The notes beneath the pieces were generated by a model that did no database searches, was not told where the DNA came from, and saw nothing but the letters and a program-made list of their open reading frames with translations. A program made the position numbers and the translations under genes. Positions 19,550 to 31,395 of a stretch of DNA of 64,000 bases are shown here, in pieces. Origin of the DNA: an uncultured Bacteroidales bacterium (GTDB lineage Bacteria; Bacteroidota; Bacteroidia; Bacteroidales; VadinHA17); NCBI GenBank assembly GCA_963753495.1, contig CAVWCO010000025.1, forward strand, positions 320,223 through 384,222, in the 5' to 3' direction. The first letter of the stretch is position 1; the number at the start of each line of letters is the position of its first letter.

Positions 19550-20230
19550 ATGAATATGGCACGATTTACAAGAATAGATGTAATGATAAGGATGCGTGAT
19601 GCGGGCATCATCCCGATTTTTTACCATAAAGACCGTGAGGTTTGCAAAAATGTTATAAAAGCATGCAGCGATGGCGGAGTAAATATATTTGAATTTACAA
19701 ACCGTGGCGATTATGCCCATGAGCTTTTCAGCGACCTTAATAAATGGGCTGAAAAAGAGGTACCCGGTCTTGCTATGGGTGTCGGATCAATCGTTGATGC
19801 GGGTACAGCATCACTATATATTCAACTGGGAGCTAATTTTATTGTCTCACCGATTCTGAATCCTGAAATGGCAAAGGTTTGCAACCGCAGGAAAGTGTTA
19901 TGGGTTCCCGGCTGCGGATCGGTATCAGAAGTCAACTATGCGGAGGAGCTGGGAGCTGAAACCATTAAAATATTCCCCGGTCTGTCTGTCGGGGGACCCG
20001 ATTTCATTAAAGCAGTCAAAGGTCCGTGCCCATGGACAAGCCTCATGCCTACAGGAGGAGTCGAACCAACGGTTGATAACCTGAGAGAGTGGTTTGAATC
20101 AGGGGCTTCCTGCGTCGGGATAGGATCGAACCTGATAACAAAAGAGCTGATCCAGAAGAAAGACTGGGAAGGACTGACTAAAAGAGTTGCCGCTGCCCTT
20201 AAAATTGCAAAGATGTTTCATAAGGTATAA
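19550..20230 (+). CDS. eda: KDPG / 4-hydroxy-2-oxoglutarate aldolase.
   Basis: A class I KDPG aldolase pattern with GVGSIVD, FIVSP and the GxxxxK region. The ORF is intact. Confidence 0.85.
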   Translation: MNMARFTRIDVMIRMRDAGIIPIFYHKDREVCKNVIKACSDGGVNIFEFTNRGDYAHELFSDLNKWAEKEVPGLAMGVGSIVDAGTASLYIQLGANFIVSPILNPEMAKVCNRRKVLWVPGCGSVSEVNYAEELGAETIKIFPGLSVGGPDFIKAVKGPCPWTSLMPTGGVEPTVDNLREWFESGASCVGIGSNLITKELIQKKDWEGLTKRVAAALKIAKMFHKV

Positions 20231-20321
20231 AACCCCGTTAAAATAAGGAAACATACCCCGCATCCCTCCAGGGGGATCCTATAATCTTTACATCGCCTAT
20301 CGCCTATTATACATAATACAT

Positions 20322-21737
20322 TATTCTCCCGGAGCACGATACAGCTCAATATTGGATATTAGCGGACATGCTTTTGAACTGACGATCGTTACTTTTATCT
20401 TTGATGTTCTTACCACAGGGAATTTCCGGATCACTTTGTAACCTATTGTTGTCCCATCGATCAACGTCTTCCATTCACCTTCAACCAGTGCTTCAACCTT
20501 AAATTCACTGTACCCGCTGTCCCAGCCTGATATATTCCTGAAGCAGTACCCTGTTCACTTCCGTCTCAGCACCAAGATCAATTGTAATGCTTGCCGATTT
20601 GATATCATCAGGTGTTGACCAGTAAGTTTCAGGATTCCCGTCATTGACGTTCAATGCCTTATATCCTTTCCCCCTGTCGCTGGATGAGGTTGCCTTCTTC
20701 CCTTTAGCCAGTTCATCAGCAAATTCGCTTACTCGTAATTCCCTGAAAGCCAGAAGGGATTTCACATCATTTTCATGAAGCAATCCTCTTCTGTCGGGAG
20801 GAACATTAAGAAGAAGATTACTGTTTCTGTCCGACTGATGAGTAATAAAGTTCCATAAGGTTTTCAGGGACTTCGTACAAGCGAATCCTGTGCTGATGAT
20901 AAAACCAGCCCGGCGGATTGAGACATCCACTTCGGCAGGCACCCAGTAATTTCCATCTTCATGTCCTTCGCCAAGTATCTTTGCAAAATCACCACCCGGG
21001 TACATTTCATCTTTTTTCAGAAGGCACCAGTTTGTAAGGCTGCCCATTCCGCTTTCATTGCCTACCCATCTTATATCAGGTCCTGCATCACTGAACATCA
21101 CTGCAAATGGCTGAAGCTCCCTGACAATTTTATGAGTATTTGGCCAGTCATAATATGTTTTATTATCAATTCTTCGTGTTTCCCTGGCTCCGCCATAATA
21201 ACCGTCTCCGCCATTTGCGCCATCGAACCAGACCTCAAAAATATCCCCATAGTTTGTAAGAAGTTCATGTAAGCTGATTCCTGTAATAGTTAAGGTATTC
21301 AGGAGTTCCGTAGACAGCACTGAATTCCTGTCCCACGGCGAAAGATAAACACCCATCTTCAGTCCATATTCATCACAGGCCTTCCTGAGTTCTTGTAAGA
21401 CATCACCTTTCCCGTCTTTCCAGGGTGAGTTTTTCACCGAATGTTCAGTAAATGCAGATGGCCACAGGCAGAATCCATCATGATGCTTTGCAGTTATTAT
21501 AATGCCTTTCATTCCGGCTTCTTTTGCAACTTTTGCCCATTGCCGGCAATCGAGTTCTGAAGGATTAAAAACTGATTCGTTTTCATCACCATATCCCCAC
21601 TCTTTATCTGTGAAAGTATTAACAGTAAAATGGACGAACATATAATACTCCATTTCGTGCCAGGCAAGCTGACGTTCAGAGGGTAACGGACCAAAGGGTT
21701 CAGGAGGCTTAACCTGTGCACATGAGGAGAATAACAA
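20322..21737 (-). CDS. GH29 alpha-L-fucosidase with a C-terminal F5/8 type C (discoidin) domain. There is a frame break near 20510.
   Basis: ITAKHHDGFCLWPS and the GH29 core in 20505..21737. A discoidin-like tail (ALNVNDGNPETYWS...) continues in the adjacent frame to about 20322. Confidence 0.8.
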
Positions 21738-21788
21738 TTAAGAAAAGAAATGACAAAATCTGATTTTCATATTAGTATATTTAATATT

Positions 21789-21879
21789 CCTCTGTGTAAC
21801 TCTTGCCTCTCTGTGTACTCTGTGTAACAGAATTTATAAACTTTCACTGAGTCACAGAGGATCACAGAGAGACACAGAG
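21789..21879. repeat. Hairpin repeat element, CACAGAG variant, 3 units per arm.
   Basis: CTCTGTGTAAC TCTTGCCTCTCTGTGTA CTCTGTGTAAC, a loop, then GTCACAGAG GATCACAGAGA GACACAGAG. It lies between the tandem minus-strand GH29 and DUF1080 genes. Confidence 0.65.
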
Positions 21880-21929
21880 AATAAAATTATCTTTAGAAAG
21901 ATCTTTTATTCTAATATTTCTGAATTTAA

Positions 21930-24900
21930 CTACTGAACCATGTCCGAGGAAACCAATATGTCCGGTTTTATTTTTAAGACCCGGATGATCATTATGATCC
22001 ATTGTACCGTTATCCCTCGGGCCGGCAATATCTCCATCAACAATAACAGTTCCGTTAAGAGTAATCTTAATCTGTGTCCCTTTAACATATACTTCCTCAT
22101 AATTCCATTCCCCACCGGTTTCTGAAATCCTCGTCTTGCAGGAATCACACCATAAACTGATCCATGATACTGGTATGGCTGCAGAGTTGCATAAACAGGG
22201 GCAGTATCATCAAGGATCTGAAGTTCCATCCCTACATAAGCTGCATCGCCCTCCAGCGGAGCCCTTATTCCCAGTCCGTTATTTGCTGCAGGAGTAAGCT
22301 GAAACTCAAACCTGAAAACAAAATCGGCATATTCCTTCTCAGTATAAAGATTTCCGCCACTGCCATTTTCAGGTTTTATAACTATCATTCCATCTTCAAC
22401 CACATATGATTCTTTGTTTCCGGTCCAGTTATCCAGATTTCTCCCGTTAAAGAGTGCAACAAATCCTTCAGATTTTTCCTCAGGGGTAAGATTATAATCC
22501 TTTTCACTTATTTCCCTTACATAAATATCCCTGAAAGCCAGGTCGGTGCCATGAGCCTGCAGTTCAATCGGTCCTTTCGGGAAGATAGGAATTTTACGGT
22601 CCCAGTAGTTCTCCATGGTTACATTGTCAACAACAAGTTCGCCATTAAGCCATACTGATACTTTCTCTCCAATCATGACTATCCTGAAGGTATTCCAGTC
22701 GCCTACCGGATTATCTGCAACCTTAAGTGGTTTTGAAGGATTCACCTGGTTATTGTACAATCCTCCGGAACCAACCTGGGCTCCCACATCAGTTCTCGAA
22801 GTATCCCATATCTGAACCTGGGGTGTTCCCCTGAGGTAAATACCGCTGTCGCCGTCTTTTGTGATTTTCCAGTCGACAAGCATTTCAAAATCACCATATT
22901 CAACTATTGAACAAAGATTATTGCCCTTCCCGTTAAACCAGATGCAGCCATCTTTAACACTCCAGTTTGCGGGGACCATAACATTTGCTTCTGCCTGTTT
23001 CCTTTCAAGCTCAACCCTGCTCATTCTTTGCTCGGGCAACGGGATTTTCGACAAGGCCCTGCCAGCCTGTAAGATCGATGCCATTGAACATCGGTTTAAA
23101 TCCTTCATCCGGTGGCATGGCTGCCAGATATTTATTGACCATTTCCCTGTCATATTCACTTTCAGGACCTGAAAGCTATGGGACTGCTTTAGTCAAGAAT
23201 TTCCCTTACAATTGTCCCATACATCCCTGTTTTTGAATTAACAGAAGGAAGAGCAATATACATTGCTGCTTTTGCTGCTGCAGCTGATGTTGCAGGATCG
23301 TCAAGATAGTCGGCAACAAAAAAGAGAGTCTGGTATGTTTTAAGTCTTCCCAGTTCAGTCAAGAACTTCATTTCTGCGCTCAGGGCTAAGGGCGAAAGGC
23401 ATTATTTTACGGTAAAGCAACAATTTCTGTTCATCTGGTAAAGCTGATGATCTTACCTGTCTGCACATAACCTTCAAAAGCAGGCTCTTCAAAAGTCTTA
23501 TTCCCTGAAGCACAGATCTCATAAAGTGCTGAAGAGGCAGTATAATCACGCCATGAAGTGAGTGTTTTGAAGCATACATCCCTTATGTCCGCATTCCCGT
23601 TCTCAAATTCCTTCAGAACAACTGCAAGTGCCTCTCTTCCGCCTGTCTTTGCAAGAACCGGAATAACTTTATCTTTCCATGGCTTACCTTCCATGGCCTT
23701 AAGGATTTTTTCCGATCTCTTTTCCGGATCAGCTATTCCGGATGCTGCTGAGGCAAGCGCATTCTGAACATCGGAAACATATGCCTTTTCTGTCGTTATT
23801 GAAAGAAGTTCAATTAATTTATCCTGATCTTCAGGCTGAGCAATTTCAGCCAAAGCTTTAAAAGCTGCTGATTTAACGCTTTCATCTGAATAGGAGGTAA
23901 ATGGTAAAATATCGTCAAAATATTCATTCCCCTTTTTCCAGGCCATCAGTTCAATTGCACTTTTTTTCGCAGATGGCGGACCATCTTTCAGAACAGGTCT
24001 CAGCAGAGCTATTTCATTGTTTCCTGAAACGGTCATTAATCCTGATTTAGCTGCTTCCTGATCAAGAGTATCAGGGAATTTCCCCATATACTCAATCAGT
24101 GCCGGTACTGCTTTATTTCCGCTTAATCTGACCAGCGCATCCGCAGCTGCAATCCTGACTGCCCTGTCGGGATCGGAAAGAGAAGAATTTATCAGAGGCA
24201 ATGGCAGTTTCATCGCCGCTATTTCCGAGCATTGTGATAATTTCAGGTTTTGCTTCAGGTATTGCTTTGGGAAAATACGCAATCCATTTTGCATTGATCT
24301 CATTCCCCGGAATGTCGAGAGATGACTGAAATGCAGCATTCCTGTATGTTTTATCAGGATGGCTGGCAGCTTTTATAAGAACTTTCATGGCATCAATTCC
24401 GTGAAAGCTGACATAAATCTTAAGAGCAGCTGTTTTATTCTGAATTGTAAGCTTATCGTTGCATTTGTTCATGACAGCTTACAGATTTTATCCATTGTTT
24501 TAATATCACCGTTTTGCCCGACATTATCTAGCATAATTCAGCAATGCGGATGTTGCGCCGGTATGGTCCCATCTGTACATGGCATCGCTTGCAGCTTTTG
24601 AAAGTACCGGATAAGCCAGGGGACTTGCGCTCTGTGCCAGTGCATTGTAAGCTGAAGCTTTTGTGTTTACATTTATATCCTTTGCCCATACAATATATTC
24701 ATTAACAGCCAGCTGCGATTTCATGACTAGCCAGAGCATTCATAACTGCTGCAGCACATGGAAGTTCTTTATTTTTAAGCGATTCTGCCAAAACACTCTC
24801 TGCTGTCTTTACCGCCAATTGCCAGAATTGCTGCCAGTGCAGGTCCGCACATCTCTTTATCCTGCAGGTAATGCTTTCATGGATGCAACTGAGGCTTCCC

Positions 24901-25297
24901 CTCCGATAAGCTGAAGCTGTTTAATAAAGAAATCCTTGACACCATTGTCCTTCTGACTGGTGGCATAACCGATACAGATTTTTTCCCACATTTCTTTCTG
25001 CAGATTGCATTTCCGTTCTTCGACAGAAACCTTGAGAGACTTTCGACGGCAAACCTTGCTTTTGTATCATCACCTGTTCCGGCAGGTATTATCTGATCGC
25101 AGATCAGTCTGATCCCAGCTTCGCCCAGGGCAAGCATATCTCCCATAAGCTTGTCAGTATATCCAGCATCATTTGCCGGAAACCGGGCAAGAAGATCTGC
25201 GACCTTTGTTTCAGGTAGTCCTTTTATCCTGAGAATAAGAAACAGCTGTAATCAAAAGGAATAGTAAGGGCAGTAATCAGTGTTCTTATGATTTTCA
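21930..25297 (-). pseudogene. Large secreted lipoprotein with N-terminal HEAT/PBS-lyase repeats and two C-terminal DUF1080 (3-keto-disaccharide hydrolase-like) domains, broken into at least 8 ORFs.
   Basis: A signal peptide MKIIRTLITALTIPFDYSC begins at 25297. HEAT repeats (AVRIAAADALVRLSGNKAVPALIEYM) are in 23431..24472 and 24524..25146. The tandem DUF1080 region is 21930..23159. The DUF1080 start FNGIDLTGW continues from the HEAT C-terminus in the adjacent frame near 23100. Confidence 0.55.
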
Positions 25298-25299
25298 TA

Positions 25300-25331
25300 T
25301 TTTCAAATTTTCAAATTTTCAAATTTTCAAA
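25300..25331. repeat. Tandem octamer array (TTTTCAAA) x4 spanning the 3' end of one gene and abutting the start codon of the next.
   Basis: ttttcaaattttcaaattttcaaattttcaaa. It contains the TGA stop of the Gfo/Idh/MocA gene and ends 3 bp from the ATG at 25297. Confidence 0.5.
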
Positions 25332-26609
25332 TTGGATATTAGATTTTCCACTCTCCCCTCATAGGCTGGATTAATAAGCCTGTTAGCTCCATCATCATCG
25401 ATAAACTGCTGTTTTACAGGATCATATTTAAGGTTTCTGCCAAGACGCAATGCAATTATTCCAAGGTTTACTATTGAACACGATCTGTGTCCGTTCGATT
25501 CATTAAGAGCAAATTTCTTCCTTGTCATTACTGATTCGGTGAAAGTCAGTAATCTGAGGTTCAGGATCAGGAAGCGAATTAATAAGCTTCTCCATATCTT
25601 TTATATCTGACCTGAAACCTTTAAAGACCTTTCCTTTAGGCCCTTCAATATATGCGGCATCCTTATCGCGGTTTTCACCATCGAGGATAATCTGACATCC
25701 GTCAGCATATGTATAAGTTATCCTTCTCCACGATCCGACTGCATCATAATGCTGCTGCGGTGCATCTATTTCAACAGAAACAGGTCCTGTATCATCCTTG
25801 CCAAGCATATATTGAACAGGATCGAGATAATGCTGTCCCATATCGCCCAGTCCTCCTCCGTCGTAATCCCAGTATCCCCTGAATTTTGAATGTACCCTTT
25901 CGGGATTATATGGTTTGTAAGGAGCCGGTCCAAGCCAGAAATCATAATCGAGCTCAGCCGGAACAGTCACGGCTTGAGGTTATAGAGGCCGCTCCAGTAG
26001 AATTTCCAGTCGTATCCGGTAATCCCGCTTACGGTTACTTTCAACGGCCATCCCAGCACTCCGCTGTCGACAAGTTTTTTCAGCGGTTTGACTGTAGTTC
26101 CCAAGTCCATAAAACTGGTCCTTAAATCTGAACCAGGTATTAAGCCTGAACATCCTGCCGTTTCTCTGAACAGCCTCAACAACTTTTATCCCTTCACCTA
26201 TTGTCCGGGTCATTGGCTTTTCGCACCAGATATCTTTCCCTGCTTCTGCGGCCATTTTTGAAATTATTCCATGCCAGTGAGGAGGTGTTGCAATATGGAC
26301 AATATCAATTTCCGGCCGTGCAAGCAGTTCACGAAAGTCGTGATAGCCGTTGATCTTTCCTCCTGCCAGTGCAATTGCCTGTTCAAGATGATTCTTATCG
26401 ACATCGCAGACAGCCAGAAGACGTGTTCCTTCATAATCAAAATGCCCGCGGCCCATTCCGCCAACCCCGATGATACCTTTTGTAAGCTGATCACTTGGGG
26501 CTGTATATCCCTGTCCTCCAAGCACATGCCTTGGAACTATTGTAAAAGCAATTGCGGCTGCAGTGCTCTTTTTAAGAAAATCACGCCTGTCCAGATTGTT
26601 CTTTTTCAT
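25319..26609 (-). CDS. Twin-arginine-signal Gfo/Idh/MocA oxidoreductase (glycoside 3-dehydrogenase-like), split into 3 ORFs.
   Basis: The N-terminus is MKKNNLDRRDFLKKSTAAAIAF (TAT motif). The Rossmann and C-terminal domains are in 25980..26609, 25503..25970 and 25319..25528. Confidence 0.75.
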
Positions 26610-26644
26610 AATTGAGTTATTTCTAATTTAACGAGATTTACTTT

Positions 26645-27789
26645 TTCAGGCAGTAAATTGAAACTGCCCAAAGATAGACCATGCAGGCGATCAGAATTGA
26701 CATCCCTAATGCAATGCTGCTGATGTCGCTTACCCAGCCTACAAGAAGAGGGATAACTGCCCCTCCTGAGATAGCCATCATGACCAGTCCTGAAATTTCA
26801 TTGCTTTGAGAGGGAATTTTTCAACAGCCAGAGAAAATACCAGCGGCCAGATATTTGCAACTGCCAGTCCGATAAGGAAGACAAGTACCCATGCCATAGC
26901 ATCTGATTTCACCAGGATTATGGCTGCCAGACAAATAATTCCAAGAAGGGAAGTCCACATAAAGAACTTACGGGATGAAATTCTTGTAAGCATTATTGCT
27001 CCTGCAAAGGTACCCAGCATACGTCCAAGGAAGTAAACGCTGCGTCCCGATTCGGCAGCAGTCTGATCAATGCCGAACTGTTTGATCAGGAACTGGCCTG
27101 AATTGGAATTGAATCCAACATCCACACCGACTACCAGAAATATTGAAAGGACCATCAGCAGAACAAATCCATTTCCCAGGAGCTTAAAAGATGAGGCAAA
27201 TGTTGCTTTATATCCCTCAACCCTTGTTTCTTCAATCTTTGAAGAGCCAAGCCACAGTACCGAAAGGATCGAGACAATTCCGAAAACAAGGAAAAGCAGT
27301 TTCCAGTCACCAAACTGAGCTGCAAAGAATGCTGCAAGTGGTGCTCCTATCATCGATCCTATTGCTTTCACAAACTGTGAAAAGCTCAGGAAACTTGATG
27401 CCCTGTTACCCGGGACAACATCAACCATCAAGGGATTGGCCGAGACCTGAACAATTGTATTTCCTATTCCGAGAAGTGCAAATCCTACCAGGACCATCGC
27501 GAAATGTATAAAAGAAGAAAGGGACCAGCAATCCCAGGGCGGTTACTCCCATTCCGATATTCAGCATGTTCTTTTTGCCCAGCCGCGACTGGAGAACACC
27601 TACCGGGACCGAGAGGATAAAGAACCAGAGAAATGCTGCTGAGGGTATCAGCTGAGCCACAGTTGCGCTGAGGCTCATATCCTTGCTTACACGGTCAACA
27701 CCGATACCTACCAGATCGACAAAGCTCATGACAAAAAATGCCATAAGCACAGGTGATATTTTTGAAATGTTAATTTTTTCTGTGGCCAT
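26645..27789 (-). CDS. MFS sugar transporter (FucP-like), with frame breaks near 27490 and 26800.
   Basis: ORFs 27421..27789 and 26778..27497, plus a C-terminal tail in the adjacent frame to about 26645. Confidence 0.7.
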
Positions 27790-27882
27790 AATTATATAGG
27801 TTTAAGGGTTCTAGGTTTTATTCCGGCCCTTTGAAGGGTGGTCAGGGGGATGTGAATTAAGGTTGTGGTACTTAGCAAATAG

Positions 27883-28826
27883 TTACATTAGCGGAAGTGC
27901 ATGTTGTATTGCTTTCCAGAAATCGTCGTCAAGAAGATATGCGGCTCCGATAAAAGCAGCATCTTCTTTCAGTTCTGAAAGAGCAACTTTGCAGTTGCAT
28001 CCTTCTTTTTTGAGGCTCTTCTCAAAAATATCTCCGAAGAGGTTGTAGGCATGAGAAATATTTCCACCTACAACCACAATTTCAGCTTTGAATTTCTTAA
28101 GCCATGGAGCAAGGAAAACTCCGAGATTGATACCGAATTCCGTAAACAGATCCATAACGATTTTATCGGTTCCGGCCAGTTCTGCAAATTCTTTCACACC
28201 TTTAAGCTCCCTTCCTGTAAGCTTTTTATACCTTCCGATAAACCATCGTGTCGAAAAATAATCATCAGCAATGTTATCTCCGTAGGGAAGGTGATAAACG
28301 CAACCAAGTTTCGGAACCTCAGGTCCGTCAACTATGGGTATCCTGTCGGCTATAAATGCTGAACCGAAACCAGTGCCAAGGGTTACTGACATCGATCTTT
28401 TTGCTTTTGCGGCTTTCCCGACAAGCGCTTCCCCGACAGCGAATGTTGAAACATCATTCATAAACCTCACCGGGAAGCCATCCAGTGAAATTAAGGTTAT
28501 CGGCGATGGCATTGCTTAACATTGCATCCATAAAGATTCTCATATTTTGCCACACCTTTTATATAGCTTATTCCTTTGACATAGTCGAAAGGGCCCGGCA
28601 TTCCAAATCCAATTCCCTTCAGTGAGTTCGGCCGGGATTTTTTTAATGACATCCGAAATTGCGTCTAACCCAGACTCCGATTATTTTACTGGCCTCTGCC
28701 TTATTATCAACTGACTCTTTCGGTGCGTGTTTCATTCAGTATTTTAAATGATTGAAGGTCAACTGCCGCACAGCTTATATGACTGCCGCCGATATCAACA
28801 CCAATTGCCAAATTCTGTTTCATGCT
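27883..28826 (-). pseudogene. ROK-family sugar kinase, with the N-terminal half broken into several frames.
   Basis: The C-terminal two-thirds are in 27883..28512. The N-terminus MKQNLAIGVDIGGSHISCAAVDLQ begins at 28826, and at least 4 stops or frame breaks lie between. Confidence 0.6.
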
Positions 28827-29070
28827 GAAAAAGGTGGTTAAATACAGGATTAAAATAAGTAATAAAAACAGATGCTGAAAGTATTGAATTTTATCGGGAA
28901 TGCAAAAAGATAGCCTTTAAAAATGATAACAGGATGTTTAATTAAATTGATATATCTCATATTTATTCAGGTTTATTAGTTGTACTTTAGGTTCATCGAA
29001 ACCTGACAATTTATCAGTTGAATCAGGTATTAAATCAGAAATAATCTAAAGAACTTAAAATCATAATCAT

Positions 29071-30380
29071 ATGCCTAAAGTTACAAAGGAAGATGCACTT
29101 CTCTATCACAGCAGAGGACGTCATGGTAAAATTGAGGTGATACCTACAAAACCTTACTGCACGCAGTACGATCTGAGTCTTGCATATACTCCGGGTGTGG
29201 CATATCCATGCCTGGAAATAGAAAAAACACCGGATGATGTTTACAATTATACTGCCAAGGGAAATCTTGTGGCGGTCATTTCAAACGGAACAGCAGTTCT
29301 GGGGCTTGGTGATATAGGTGCAATGGCAGGGAAGCCGGTAATGGAAGGCAAAGGCCTGCTTTTCAAGGTATTTGCAGATGTTGATGTATTTGATATTGAA
29401 GTTGATGAGAAGGATCCTGATAAGCTGGTTGAGATATGTGCCAGGATAGCTCCAACTTTCGGTGGCATAAATCTTGAAGATATAAAAGCTCCGGAATGTT
29501 TTGAGGTAGAGTCGAAACTGAAGAGAATGCTGGATATTCCGGTATTTCACGATGATCAGCATGGAACTGCAATAATTTCCGGAGCCGGACTTATTAAATT
29601 CACTTGAGATTACAGGAAGGAAGATTGAAAATCTAAAACTGGTTGTTTGCGGAGCAGGTGCTGCTGCCATTTCATGTTCAAGGCTCTATGTGTCGCTTGG
29701 AGTAAGGAAAGAGAATATTGTGATGGTCGACAGCAAAGGGGTAATCAACAGAAAAAGAAAGGACCTGAACAAATACAAGCAGGAATTCATTACCGACAGG
29801 GATATTGATACCCTTGCAGAAGCAGTTAAAGGTGCTGATCTTTTTCTTGGACTTTCGACAGCCAATATGATGTCGAAAGAGATGCTTGCATCGATGGCTG
29901 ACAATCCGATTGTATTTGCAATGGCAAATCCTAATCCGGAGATTACATATGAGGATGCAATGGCAACCAGGAATGACCTGATTTTTGCGACCGGAAGATC
30001 AGATTATCCGAATCAGATAAACAATGTTCTCGGATTTCCCTATATTTTCAGGGGTGCGCTCGATGTAAGGGCAACAACAATAAATGAAGAAATGAAGCTG
30101 GCTGCATCCAAAGCGCTTGCAGCACTTGCCAAAGAACCTGTTCCGGATTCAGTTCTGAAAGCCTATAATGTTGAAAGCTATGAGTTTCGGAAAGGATTAT
30201 ATTATTCCAAAACCCCTTGATCCGCGTCTGATTTCATGTGTGGCATCATGTGTTGCAAAGGCAGCTATTGATACAGGAGTTGCACGGCGTCCGATAACTG
30301 ACTGGGAGGCATACAGGAAGAGCCTTGATAAAAGGTTAAGCGTTCATATTAAAAAGGTCGGAGAACTAAGTGAGTTCTAA
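29071..30380 (+). CDS. NAD(P)-dependent malic enzyme, malic-enzyme domain only, split into 3 ORFs.
   Basis: [17 protein letters not shown] and the NAD-binding GAGAAA motif appear across 29071..29607, 29690..30220 and 30168..30380. Confidence 0.8.
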
Positions 30381-30504
30381 AGCGATCGATTTGATCTTTT
30401 TCCTTTCGGACATCTGTTTCATAACCTTTGTTCTCGTACATTGAAACAATAAGTCGGCAGTTTCGGCGATGCTGAATGATAATCTGTTAATTGTAACATC
30501 GAAC

Positions 30505-31087
30505 AGCGTTTCAGTATTTTTGATTTCTTGTCAAGGAAGGTCTGAATAAGATCATGCGCTTTTCATCAGTTTCAATAACATATTTTTCGGCGGTTTCAAG
30601 GTCCCATGTTCTTTTTCTTCATCACATTATCAACTCTCCAGTAAAAAGGACCAACAAGCCTGACATGCAGGGCATCCTTTATATCGTGGGCTATTGAAAC
30701 ACCTCCCCTTCCGACAAGGACAACATAACCCTCCTTGCATATTGACAGAACAACATCCTTAATTGCTTTCTTGACTCTCAGGTCGCTTACAAATCCGCCG
30801 GAAAAGGCCATTATCATTTCAGACAGATTAGACAGCTTGATCCCTTCATAGAAATTTTCAATACGTTGTGTGTCGATATTCAGTTCCTTGGCTATGGCAT
30901 AGATTATATCCTTATCGACCCATTTCCATTTTGTGGTTCCAAACCTGTTATTGAGTTTTTCAACAATACCTGAGGCAACTTCACGGGCATCACATCCGGT
31001 AAGCCGTGAGATTGTAATTACAGGTCCATCATCGGAGGCCGGACTGCTTAAGTACTGATTCCCTGTACCTTTCATCGAAATAATCAA
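30505..31087 (-). CDS. Cytidylate-kinase-like family P-loop protein with a frame break near 30600.
   Basis: 30596..31087 plus a C-terminal continuation DLETAEKYVIETDEKRM in the adjacent frame. Confidence 0.5.
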
Positions 31088-31395
31088 AGAATTTTTCCAT
31101 AATCCTTATCTCCTCCTTTTATGTTATTATTGATATACTAGACTTTCATAAATATCTTAAGATGAATACATCCGTATTACAGAATAACTATTTCAGATTC
31201 ATGAGATCCCGGCAGACAATACATTTAAAAGACCGTTATAAGTTACGAAAAAAACCTGAATCTGACACTATTTTTTTTCAGTGTACTAAAAATTCTTTTC
31301 ATAAACCGAATCTGACTAATTTTTGAAATTTTCTTGTTTTTATATATCTTTACTGTATACAAACAAATATCCCGCCAATATTTTAAATTAATAAT

